From Macrostomum lignano (taxonomy: Eukaryota), in assembly GCA_002269645.1 (NCBI GenBank), contig NIVC01000093.1, forward strand, positions 744,001 to 808,000: a DNA stretch of 64,000 nucleotides, given 5' to 3'. The translations under genes and the position numbers were made by a program. The notes below the pieces were generated by a model that was not told where the DNA came from, ran no database searches, and saw only the letters and a list, made by a program, of their open reading frames with translations. Below are positions 12,059 through 24,200 of this stretch, in pieces (within the stretch, counting starts at the first letter, position 1; every line of letters begins with the position of its first letter).

Positions 12059-15000
12059 TCAAATATAATTAGATAGCCAGCGGAAGGCCTCGCCGTAGCC
12101 TTGGCGTTTCAGAATGGAGCACATGAACAGCTCCAATGGTCTCTGGGCCAGCTCGTTACGGCTGCGAGCGTCGCTCTTGCCAGTGGTCCGGCCGTGCAGG
12201 CCCAGATAGTAGCGCAGCTCCTCCTCCGAGGCGGCGCCTGGCTTGTCAATTTTATTGCCAAGCACCAGAATTGGGGCGCTGGCAACCTGCTCGTCAGCCA
12301 GTAGGTTGTCCAACTCGACGTGGGCCTCTTCGAGCCTGATTTAAAAGTAAAACAAAATTACTGTTAAAATGGTAACCATAGACCAATAAGAAGCTACTGA
12401 TAATATCAATATCTCCCATGCTTGGGCGCAACCTTGGGATTCACCCGGCCGTTTCTATTGGCAACACACACATGTATGTCGCTATTGGACAGAATAGTAG
12501 TCACGTGACTGCTCTCAGCCAATAGCGACTTACATGTCTGCGTTGCCAATAGAAACGGCCGGGTGATTCCCAAGGTTGCGCACGTATGATATCTCCTAGA
12601 AAAGAGAGATTATACAGAAGGAAGCTGAGCAGACACAAAGTTTGAGCATACCAGATAGAGCCAGGCTTTGCAGGCCACATGTGGGCCATAGTTTTCTGAC
12701 CCCTGACATTTGGTTACAGTCTACTTAGGAAAATTGCATTTCCAAAGTCTCGGGATCACAATTGCACCCAAAATGTTAAAAATATTGATCTTGTCTAACT
12801 TTTACTTAAAGCTAGGCCTATGGTACTAGGACCACCATTATGGCAAAACAAAAATTTGACTACTAAAAACAGATAACTAAGATGGTTAATTCTATTTTTG
12901 ATAAAACTAAGCATATTTAAGGTATCTCAGATATATAAAAAGGAGCACTATGACATTTTCTTTATGCACTATGCACAAAGACTTTTTTGCATTATATACT
13001 AAAGCTTTAAATTATAATATAGCTAAAACAAGTTAAAAAACTATTTCAATGTGTGGAAAACTATAAACAATAAAAATTATTGTAAATTTGCCTTTCCTAT
13101 CATACACATTGTACAAAAGTCATGTTTATAACCACTATGCTATAAACATTTTTACACACATCTTGGACAAATGATGCATTGCCGATGGCAAGCTATTACA
13201 TAGTTTTAAATCTCCAAAAACATAAATATTTTATTTATTTTTGCTTTAAAAAATCTTCTAATTTATTAAAATGTTTGTACATACATAATTAAACATTTAC
13301 AATATATATCCAAATGTTTTGTTTTTTGTAAGTTCTAAATAAATAAAGCATTGATACTATTATGTAATTATAACAAAGTTTTGAATTTAGTTTTTGCTTT
13401 ATATGATTTTTATTTTCCTGCTTTATATTTATAGACAATTTTGTTCACATCTTACCCTAATCCTATATATTAAACACTTTTGTATGACATTGTCATAGAT
13501 TGCTTTTATAGAACAAAGAAATTTCTATCATATATTGAACTGTATACTATGGCAAAATTAATATTTACCTTCTGTTATACAAGAGTATCCCTACATATTA
13601 TTGACTACTGAAATACTTCTGATTTTCTCATTTTTCTGAAACTTTTGCTAGTCTTTTGCTAGTCTTCATCCAAAATGATATCAAAGCAAAAAAACTGCAA
13701 AAAATAGCTTTAGAGTAAACAGGAGCTTGATTTGTTAATCCCAATATAATCAGTGATAATTTGATGCAAGCAGTTTTGGAGAATTGTATGTTTGAAAAAA
13801 AAACTTTTTTAGAATTATGACTTTCAAACAAATATTTTCAACAATTTAATGAACTCATTTAAAAGAACATTTAGAGGGTTAGAATTTTAACTCCAATATA
13901 GAGTGTCTATTCTAATTTTTTCTTCACTCAGTTTGTTATAGTGCAGCAAGAATGCCATGTCTAATTAGTGTTTTTAAAAAAGGTTCACCACTGGCCCTCA
14001 CCTCCTACTTTTGATTTGCTGTTGTTCTCTCATGGTTGTGACTAGCTGTACATTCTTTACTTATTTACCTAATCTCATTTCTACTAATCTGTGTTGTCTT
14101 CTCCATTTTGAAGGTAACTACAACTGTTGATATCAATTAGTTTGATAGGATTATAATTTTTCTCAATGGTGTTTGATAACTTGCTGAATTTTTTATTTAA
14201 GCTTCATTACAATTCTTTCCTGGACCCCCTTAGTCTCCAAATTTATCTACCTAATCTATAATAGACATCCATGTCTCTATTGAAGTTTAGGTACATAAAA
14301 TCAATCCCTATGAAGATTTTCCCCACCCTAAAACCCCTTATTTCCCATGCCTTGGTGGTTGGTAGTTGTCAGCCACCCCCCTTGGGTTTGAAATTTTATC
14401 TACCTAATCTATGGACACCTATATCTACATTAAAGTTTAGGCACATAAAATCTATCCTCGTGAAGATTCTCCCCACCCTAAAACCTCCCATTCCCCATGC
14501 CTTATTGCTTGTGGTTGATAGCTCCCTTCCCTTTGGCCCCACCCTACCCCCCAGACTTGCCTCCTCCCTCAGCCTTTGAATTTATCTATTGTGCTAGTGT
14601 ATGTTTCTGTTAATTACCTTTACTATTCTTTGTGCCTGATAAAATGCCTATTACGATTCATACATGTAAATTAGCCGATTTATAACCATGTTAAATTTGC
14701 GCGCAAACTAGAAACTAATTTTAGCATTTGTTTTACTACGCAAAATATTATTGATAAATATTTTTGTTATAAACATAGCCATCTAAAACAGTATATATAC
14801 GAGTGATTTTGCCAAATAAAAGTAACCTTTTCTTGCTCTCGAAATATTTGTGCGCTATAATATTGGTTTGTTCTATATTCTCAGATAAACTTTGAAATCT
14901 TATTGAATTAGTTATTTTAAGGAAAAAGGGGAGTAACAGTGCTCAGAAACTTACTAAGAGAAGGGATTGGGAAAATATACAAAGGGAAATTCAGAGAGTT

Positions 15001-17768
15001 GTGCTGTAATCCTCTAATCCTGGTGAACGCCCGACTAGGACAATCTAATAAGTTCATGTACCAGTACTAGACCGCTCAGGCCATACATAAGACACTACCA
15101 GACTAATACATCAGACGCTACCAGACTAATGGGTCTACGATGTTTGCCTGCCGGACGTTTGCCAGCCGACATTTGCCTGCGGGACGTTTGCCAGCCGACG
15201 TTTGCCAGCCGACGTTGGCCAGCGGGACGTTTGCCAGCCGACGTTTGCCTGCGGGACGTTTGCCAGCCGACGTTTGCCTGCGGGACGTTTGCCTGCCGAC
15301 GTTTGCCAGCCGACGTTTGCCTGCGGGAAGTTTGCCAGCCCTCCAAAATGATGCAATGGGGCATAGGTTTTAATTTTTGGTGCGGCTAGGGAAGAGAAGG
15401 CGGCTACAGACATGTCAGTGCATGCTTGTTGTTGGCCATGACAGCGTGCACTTGACAAGGCGCTTGCAGGAATTAGTTCGCTTACTTTTGGATCTCCCAT
15501 GAACTGGGAAATATTCAATTTAAAATTTCAATTCAATTCAATTTAAATTTTATTTTCTCAAAACTTGGCTCGCTGGAGATTCCCATTCAAATTTGCGTGT
15601 CAATTCATTCGCAAATCATGAAATCGCAAATCATGAATTCGCAAATCATGCAAAATCAAACATCTTAAACTGGGAAAGTGATACAAAACTGGCAGAAGTA
15701 AACTTTATAATAATATTTTTACATTAATTAAAGATGATGATGAACTGCTAAATATTGATTAATTTATAGCGTATAGATTTTGTTTTTGATTTATACATCA
15801 TGCGAATAAGTTAGCCATCAATTAAAAAGTTGGACTAAAATTGTTTTTTCCAAAACAGCTAAACTGCGAATATTTCAGTATCACATTCACTCCGACTTGC
15901 TGTTGGCTGGCAAACGTCGACTGGCAAACTTCCCGCAGGCAAACGTCGGCTGGCAAACGTCCCGCAGGCAAACGTCGCTATCCCCAGACTAATACATAAA
16001 ACGCTACCAGAAAATCCAAATGAAATTCTAAGAAACAGTTAGAAACATTAAGGCAAGATTTAGTGTCAGCAGTAGAATTAGTGAGATATTATTAAGAAGG
16101 AAGAATCAGCCCTGTTACAACTTTGGTATCAGCAGCTGAGATTTCTAGACAGAGGAATCACCCCTGTAACAACTTGGTGGCATAACTGCGGAATTTTCAT
16201 AGAGAGCCAAAAGGCCTGTGACACTACCTAATCTTCAATAGACCTCCATGGCTCTATTGAAGTTTAGATGTGTAAAATCAATCCCCGTGAAGATTCTCCC
16301 TACCCTAAATCCCCCATTTCCCATGCCCCAGTAGTTGGCTTTAAGCTACAAAAAATGAAGCTCAAATTTGAAATCAGTATTATCAAAAACCCCTACAGAG
16401 ACAAAATTATGATCCTATCAAAACTGCAACTATTGTATCTACCTAAAGTTAAAAAAGTCCGAAATACTAGATATAAATTCAAGAAAAAATTAATATTTGA
16501 TTTATTTAAAAATTATTCTTCAACAAACATAGGATCTTCATAAAGTGTTATTTACTTTATTGTGAAAAGTTATAAAAAATGCTTAGAGAGATTTCTTATA
16601 AACCATTTTGTGGATGGTGGGGTGCACGCCGGAAAATTCCAACGTACATTTGATTTCTGTGGCATACACCAGCATACATTTCTTGGCTGTGTACAATGTG
16701 GCGTACAGTGTGGTATATGGTGACTGGCATAGAAATTAATATAAAGAATTTTTTTGTGCTTTTTCTGTGTTAAGTTATTTCAAAAACCTTTTTTTTGATA
16801 CTATTTTCTCATTTACCAATCATTTTAATTACCAGAATTGTCATGACAATCATCATGTCATTATCAATTTTTGGAGTTTAAATTTAAAATTAAATATTTG
16901 TTGATTTTTTACTGTTTTTTAAGTTGGCGTACATTTAAAATCTATTGGCGTACAATTGAAAATTTAATAAAAATGTGTCCAGTATACACAGAATACCTTC
17001 CGCAATATGGCTTATAAAGTGCTTCACTTTAAGAGAATTGAAGTGAGAATTGAAATATAACAAAGATAACCTGTTTAAAAATATAAAATTAAAAACATTA
17101 ATAGGGCCCATTTTTTAAATCAAGCATATCTAATCTAAACTAAATGCTAAAAGTAAAACAAATTATAAGAAAAAATAGCTTATTATTTTAGCTTTGAATT
17201 TTATCAGTATTGTTTTGCCAGCTAGAATTTCTCATTTTTTTATTTTCAAAATATAAAAAAATAAAAGCATCTTTTGGCTATTGCACTGGATTGAGTATAT
17301 AGGCCCTAACCTATTTTTGGAATGTGATTGTCAGTTTTGAAAAAAAAATTCTATGAAAAAAATGAGTTTAACATCCAAATGAAATCAAATGAAAACAGGA
17401 TAATTTTTTCTCTTTGACAAAGTATTTTTATCTTTAATGCAGACTTACCTTTGTCTGTCCCATGCATCAACAATAAAGACAATTCCATCAACTGCAGGAA
17501 AATATGTCTTCCATACTTTCCTTGCTTGTTCATGACCACCAAGATCAAAGGTTGTAAACTTCATTCCACCAATTGATAGCTCTTCTGTGGTGGGATAAAG
17601 CGTTGGATTGTGTGTACCCATACGATCGTCCTTGAGCATATGCAAAAGTGTAGTTTTTCCAGCATTGTCTAGTCCTAAAAAGACAAGCTTTCCGCTCTTT
17701 TTCCATAGGCCCAAATAGCCGAGAATTCCAGAAACGGAGCCGGATATCCAGTCCCACCAGCCGCTCAT
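12059..17768 (-). CDS. SAR1: Small COPII GTPase Sar1, 198 aa, 2 coding exons
   Basis: Exons 17768-17449 and 12335-12059 join in phase 2. Motifs [23 protein letters not shown] and the C-terminal [17 protein letters not shown] are present. Confidence 0.97.
12426..12581. repeat. 156-bp near-perfect palindrome (foldback) in the SAR1 intron
   Basis: Outer 40-bp arms GCGCAACCTTGGGA(T/A)TCACCCGGCCGTTTCTATTGGCAAC match 39/40; inner arms also pair; centre AGTCACGTGACT. Confidence 0.9.
14243..16326. repeat. Three copies of a ~105-bp dispersed repeat in the SAR1 intron (about 14243-14350, 14396-14500, 16223-16326)
   Basis: Shared CTACCTAATCT...AAGTTTAG...TAAAATC(A/T)ATCC..TGAAGATT.TCCC.ACCCTAAA..CC..ATT.CCCATGCC. 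Confidence 0.8.
15131..15984. mobile_element. Non-autonomous TIR/foldback DNA transposon with 9-bp TSD (Mutator-like)
   Basis: CAGACTAAT is duplicated at 15122-15130 and 15985-15993. The GGG...CCC termini carry ~47-bp imperfect TIRs built from tandem GACGTTTGCC(TGCGG/AGCC) units. Confidence 0.85.
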
Positions 17769-17773
17769 GATTG

Positions 17774-17819
17774 CTAAGTTAGTTTAAAAAATTACTTAAA
17801 ATATAGAACTTTTACTTAC
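17774..17819 (-). other. Putative 46-nt intron in the SAR1 5' UTR
   Basis: Minus strand GTAAGT...AACTAACTTAG, ending 5 nt upstream of the ATG. Confidence 0.6.
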
Positions 17820-18105
17820 AATCGGTATTTAAACTGGACGCTACGTAATTTACCAGTAAGTAACAATTTAATTTTATTTGATGACGCACGCAAAAGTTTC
17901 TGGAAAGTTTTGTAATACATTTAAAACAAATTTTATGCAGACTGTAATGCAGCTAAGATATAAGAATAGTATACTTCTATAAATTCAGGTAAAAACATCA
18001 ATATGTATAAAAACGACAGCTAAAGCTATTAACAATTTATTGAAAACGCTATGGGTTTGTTGTTTTTGTGTATTTTCATAGCAGCCAGGTCTCATTGTAT
18101 TAATT

Positions 18106-19377
18106 AGGGTGAGCCAAAAGTTTCCGGAATTTTTTAGAATCGAACTTTTAGTTAATTTTTGTCTATGGAAAAGCTTAAAAGCAGCAACCATCTACTATGC
18201 TGTTGGCCAGCCTTATCATCACTCTTTAGCTTAACATCGCTCAGTTTCCCAGACCCTACCTACTTAAGCCAGCAAACGCATCTAATGGAACTGCCAAGAA
18301 CTGAATGGCGAGCAATTCTGCTCAACCACTTTCATGCGGGACGCAATGCAGCAGAGGCACATCGCGAGTTGTTGCAGCTGATGGGCCCACATGTACCCTC
18401 CAAGTCGTCGGTGTACGACTGGTTATCTCGCTTTGCTGAGGAGAACTATGAGCTGAAGGACAAGCCGAGGTCAGGCCGACCCCCTGCTGCTGATGGCGAT
18501 GCCGTTCTCCAAGCCCTTGAGGACAATCCGGACTACAGCGTGCGCAAGCTGTCAGCCGCTACTGGGGTGTCCTGCGGCACGGTCCGGCGGAGCCTGCATG
18601 CTGCGGACAAGGTGCCGAAGAAGTCAACTCTGGTGCCCCATGAGCTGACACTTCAGCAGCTGAGAGCCAGGGTGGATGTGGCAACTTCGAATCTTCGCCA
18701 GGCCGGTTCGCCAAACTTTCTCAAGTCGATAATCGCTCAAGACGAGAAGTGGGTCTGCTATGAGAACCCAAGCACATCAGCCGTCTGGGTCGATGCTTCT
18801 GAAGAACCACCCAGCTGCCCAATGCGGAACCCCCACTGCGGCAAGGAGCTGCTCTCTTTCTGGTTCTGCTCGTCTGGCCCTGTTTTCTGGGAGGTCATCC
18901 CGCATGGCATGGCTGTGAACGCGGAGGTGATCTGCAGCGAACTGGAGCAGGTCGCCCGTTTGCTGCGATCCGTGTGCCCGGGACACCGCGACAAGGTGCT
19001 CCTCTTTGACAATGCGCGGCCTCACAAAGCAAGACTCACCCAGGCCAAGCTGGCAAGCCTGGGCTTCAGTGTTTTGCCCCACCCACCATACTCGCCAGAC
19101 CTCTCGCCATGCGACTACCATGTGTTCAGGTCTCTCCAGAGCTTTTGTGATGGACAGCGGTTCGCCAACAAGCAACATGTGGAGCAGGCAGTGCAGAAAT
19201 GGATAGATTCAAAGCCTGCGAGCTTCTGGAGGGAGGGGATTGAGGCATTGCCAGCAAGATGGGAGAGGGTCAGGGCCTTGAATGGCAACTACATCACATC
19301 GCTGTAAACTGTTTGTTCTTGACACTATTTGTTATAGTTTTAAATTGTTCAAATTCCGGAAACTTTTGGCTCACCCT
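18106..19377 (+). mobile_element. Full-length mariner (DD34D) transposon
   Basis: Perfect 27-bp TIR AGGGTGAGCCAAAAGTTTCCGGAATTT (18106-18132 and 19351-19377) flanking a single transposase ORF. TA follows the right end; the left TA is imperfect. Confidence 0.95.
18285..19307 (+). CDS. Mariner transposase, 340 aa, uninterrupted
   Basis: Motifs LVPHEL, QDEKW, FDNARPH and HPPYSPDLSPCDY, with 34 residues between the last two Asp. The likely start is Met at 18285. Confidence 0.93.
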   Translation: MELPRTEWRAILLNHFHAGRNAAEAHRELLQLMGPHVPSKSSVYDWLSRFAEENYELKDKPRSGRPPAADGDAVLQALEDNPDYSVRKLSAATGVSCGTVRRSLHAADKVPKKSTLVPHELTLQQLRARVDVATSNLRQAGSPNFLKSIIAQDEKWVCYENPSTSAVWVDASEEPPSCPMRNPHCGKELLSFWFCSSGPVFWEVIPHGMAVNAEVICSELEQVARLLRSVCPGHRDKVLLFDNARPHKARLTQAKLASLGFSVLPHPPYSPDLSPCDYHVFRSLQSFCDGQRFANKQHVEQAVQKWIDSKPASFWREGIEALPARWERVRALNGNYITSL

Positions 19378-19625
19378 TATAGTTACGCAAGTACTGACCG
19401 AAAAAACTATAAAACACAGGGCAAAAAATTTAGATTTTTCATTTAAAAAAATAATTTATAAGTTTGGCAAAATTATTTATTTATTCCAACATGTACATAC
19501 ATAAATATACCAATACACACTTTCTGTATGTATTTCCCTGAAAACAATTTAAAAAGTCCATATAGAAATTTTTTCACAAAGAATCATCGAGGGCACGTTA
19601 GTAAAATAGAAAGTAAAGCCGTAAA

Positions 19626-19990
19626 GGGGGGCCGTAGCCCAGCGGTAGCGCAGCTGCTCTACCTGGTGTGCCAGCGGGCTCGATTTCAAGTGCAGTCACA
19701 TTAATTTGGGGGCTGAATTGGAATCTCGGCTTGGCTCTGCTCGTGCAATTAACGGCCTTGAGAGCCAACCCCCCTCCCCCAAGGCGCAGTGAAGTGTACA
19801 TGCCTAACGATAATATAAAGTTAGGGCCGCTGTACACTCCTGTGTGAGTGTGTGCCTGCGTACGTATCCGCGCGCTTGTATGCCTGCTCAGGGGGTCGGC
19901 GGAATGGGCAGTAATGCCTCTCGCCGGTTGTGTGCCTATGTCGCTTAAAGTGTGCCAGGGTGCTCACAAATCCCCTGCCTCTAATAAAAA
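19626..19990 (+). mobile_element. tRNA-derived SINE, copy 1
   Basis: A-box-like TAGCCCAGCGG (19635) and B-box-like GGGCTCGATTTC (19676). The core CCCAAGGC..GTGTACATG..AGGGCCGCTGTACAC..TGTGTGAG is shared with 46627-46930. A-rich end. Confidence 0.75.
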
Positions 19991-21254
19991 TTAAATAGAA
20001 AGTATAGTAACGACACAAAATATTTAAATTTGAATCTGAACTTTACTTTTTTGTCAAGCTATGATTACAATATATATAAAATTACACTTTGGGGGAAAGC
20101 TACATGCATCATCTGTACAGTTTGAACAAACTGCAAAAAGCTATATACTGGTACATGTAAACTTCACTATCAAAGAAAACATTTACAAAATCAATGAGGA
20201 TCTCATTAGCACACCCAGTGTGCTATGTGGCCAGACGCCTGCAACATCAATTATTAATATAAATTTTGCTGTTCAAAGAAAGTAGTGTAGTATAAGAATT
20301 AACAAAAAACTTGCAAAATATCGCAGCTTTTATACGAATTCTATCAACCTTCTCACCCCCCCCCCCCATGCAGTTGGCCGCTCGCGCGGACTTCTCGTCT
20401 GCAGCCACCGCTCGATCGCACTGGAGGTAACCCCAAATATATTCGCTCACGAACAGGTGACGTCTACACTGTTGATGGCCACATCCTTTGGATCAGCAAA
20501 CTTTTGAAGTCCAGAGGAGCTATAGTGCAGACGACCAGCTGCAGGCGTCACTTCGCTCGTATGCATGGGCACATGATTTTGGTAATATAATCTCTCATCA
20601 CAAGAATGCAGATCTAGCTTTGTCGTAAATTCGTCAGGTTACCCGGCCAGTAGATCATAGGAGAAATCTAAGACCGTTCGAGGCTTTGATCACCTAGTAC
20701 TAATTGTAGTCGCTGCATAATTTTTATCATCGAGCTCCATTAGGAATAGAGCCATAGTCGGAGCACTTCCTATAAGTTTCAGCTGAGCTAAAAGTTCTTC
20801 ATATTGTATAACTATACGCTACGTCCACTTGATAAACGCAATATTACAGCGTCCACCTACATGTACGCTGTACTTAGTCAGTTTTATAGCAGGGCGCGTC
20901 AGAAAGCGCGCCGCAGAGCCTGAGAGCGGACGAAGTCGGCGCCCCGTGGCAGTGTCGGGTGCCCCAGCGTCGCACAGCAGGAAGTCCACGTATCGACGGG
21001 CCCCTCAAGGTGATCTATCTAATCTATCCATCTATCTACAAATACACGAGATGAAATTTTATTAGGATTCTTTAAACAAAGTGCAAAGATCGATCAAGCC
21101 GACGTCACAGTGCAGATTTTACTAGATTTTTCAACGGGGGACAAAAGTGCATGCCGGATTCGTGTTATAGTGTCTCGAAAACTTTTATTAACTGCACTGA
21201 ATTCAAGAAATGCAGGTGAAAATTAAATTGCTTCGCTCGCATCCTGCACACCCA

Positions 21255-24200
21255 TCAGAAGTCCCAGCGCAGATCCATACTAGAGAGAGGGCCGCTATAA
21301 ATAACGCCTTTGGCAGTGTTGAGAGCGCTGTAAAGTAGATAATTACATAATCGAGACGTATTTATTAATATCTAGATAAAACTAAATACATGTAGGTCGT
21401 AATAACTATACTTACTCTTCGGCCTTAGAAACCTGTTGATTAAAAATCGAATTTGTTTGAATCAACTGCGGCCAACTAAGGGACCTGCCGCGACGGCTGA
21501 TTTGGGGCTGCTGGGCTGCGGCCACGTTGTTCAAGTTCTGAAGCCGCTGGTCACCGGCTGTTGCGAGGCTTGAGTTGGCCAATCTGAATGAGTTTATTGA
21601 CAGATGATTGATTATTAATTGACTAGTACATGTACTGAACACCTGCACAAGAGCGTCCTTTTAGACAGGAGCATCACCTGTAATGATAAAAGCATTACCG
21701 GTTACTTGGGAAAAAACCACCTGTTACCACAGGTGAAAGACCTGTGGTAACAGGTGAAACACCACAGGTGAAACACCACAGGTGAAACACCACAGGTGAA
21801 ACAACACAGGTGAAACACCACAGGTGAAACACCACAGGTGAAACACCACAGGTAAAACATCACAGGTGAAACACCACAGGTGAAACACCACAGGTGAAAC
21901 ATCACAGGTGAAACACCACAGGTGAAACACCTGTTAACACAGGTGAAACACCTGTTAACACAGGTGAAACACCTGTTAACACAGGTGAAACACCACAGGT
22001 GAAACACCACAGGTGAAACACCACAGGTGAAACAACACAGGTGAAACACCACAGGTGAAACACCACAGGTGAAACACCACAGGTGAAACACCACAGGTGA
22101 AACACCACAGGTGAAACACCACAGGTGAAACACCACAGGTAAAACATCACAGGTGAAACACCACAGGTGAAACACCACAGGTGAAACACCACAGGTGAAA
22201 CACCACAGGTGAAACATCACAGGTGAAACACCACAGGTGAAACACCTGTTAACACAGGTGAAACACCTGTTACCACAGGTGAAACACCTGTTACCACTGG
22301 TGAAACACCTGTTACCTAGATGAAATATTTTTTACCTAGGTGAAACACCTGCTACCCAGCTAAAACTCATGTTACCCAGGGAAAACTCCTGTTATCCAGG
22401 TTAAACACCTGTTACCCAGGTGAAACATCTACCTGTTAGCCAAGCGAAACACCTACTACCCAGGTGAAACACCTGCTACCCAGGTGAAAACTTCTGTTAT
22501 CCAGGTAAAACACCCGTTGCCCAGGTGAAACACCTGACAGCGGTCACCTGTCAGACATGCAGATTAATAGCAGAACTCCAAACAAACCGGTACAAACAAA
22601 TAAAAATTGTTCCTATTAATACAAAATAGTTCACCTCGCTCTTTGCCAGCGCCTCCTAGCGCACGGCTGCTGCAGCTCGAGCACAGAGTCAGTCTGCAGA
22701 ATCGAGCTCAAAGTTCTGTCAACGCCTCGCCGCCTGCGAGCTAAAATCAAGCGGCAAAGCCAGCGGAGCAGAAGCAGCAAAACAATTAACAGTAGGAGTC
22801 CTGCACAGGTGGCCATTGCGGCCTGCCACAGCAGATCAGCGCGATGTCGCAGCATCCTGTCAGCTGTTGTCATATTGCTCACGGGTCTGATCAGTGATCT
22901 GTCACTATTAAATCCGTGAGCCGCATAGACCCATCCCTATATATATCGCATCGGTGATCGATTGCAAAGTATCATGCAGCCGGGCACTAAAAAGTGCACA
23001 TGCAAAAACAGGGTCCTCGCCACACGCCAACAGTTTTACAATCTTAATTAAGTTTAAAAAAATGATCGATAGAGAATTAGGAGAAGCTTGTCCAACAGCT
23101 GAGTCTGATTAAACCGCTACGAGTAATTAATGGGTGAACTTGCAATTCTTAGCTCCTACTTTACGAGCTCGTACGTTGTTGGTTGTATTTACAATGCATG
23201 GCACACGTACGTATAGATATGCATTCTGAAGCGCCTGCGCTAAACATGCTATCTGCACAGGCTTGTTCCTCTGACAAGGGCGATTTTTCAGGACTGTCTA
23301 GGGCGATTCTTCGGGACTGTCTAGGGCGATTCTTCGGGACTGTCTAGGGCGATTTGTCGGGACTGTCTAGGGCGATTTTTCGGGACTGTCTAGGGCGATT
23401 CTTCGGGACTGTCTAGGACAATTCTTCGAGACTGTCTAGGGCGATTTTTCGGGACTGTCTAAGACGATTTTTAGGGACTGTCTAGGGTGATTTTTCGGGA
23501 CTGTCTAGGGCGATTCTTCGGGACTGTCTAGGACGATTTTTAGGGACTGTCTAGGGCGATTCTTCGGGACTGCCTAGGGCGATTTTTCGGGACTGTCTAA
23601 GACGATTTTTAGGGACTGTCTAGGGTGATTTTTCGGGACTGTCTAAGGTGATTTTTCAGGACTGCCCAGGGTGATTTATCGAAAATATTTGGAGCGATTT
23701 TTAAGGACTTCTTAGGGTGATTCTGTGAGATTGTTCAACAAAAAACTAATAATAAGAAAAGTAAAAAAAGTTTTTTTTTCAAAAAACATGGTTCCAGCTT
23801 TTAGAAGAAAAACACAAAAAGTACAACTTTATCAAATACGCAACAAGATAACAATTTCATAAGTATTTAATATATTTATGTAATAATTCTTTCTGCAAAT
23901 CGAAATACAATGTCCCTCCAAAACAATGTGTAAGAGCGCGATTAAAAAACACTTATGTCCAATAGTATATTAATCGATAATTAGTTAGATTTATTATTAA
24001 TTCAGTCCGCATAAATTAAAAGTGCACAAATCAAGGTCAAAGGGAGCAACACTGATAATTAACATATTATATTATATTACCCAGGTGTGAAGACAAAGAC
24101 GAGCCCAAAAGATGGCGCAGCCAGAAAGCGATTACGGCTAATAAAGTAATTAATCAGAGATAACAAATCAATTAACAGCAGAGCGTGCAGTTTCAACTAA

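Noticed and set aside
18159-18284. 42-aa N-terminal extension of the transposase
   Set aside because: It lies in the element's 5' leader; homology begins at Met 18285.
19626-19700. tRNA genes (also 46630-46700)
   Set aside because: Pol III boxes are degenerate, no full cloverleaf is evident, and both continue into a shared repeat body, so they are SINE heads.
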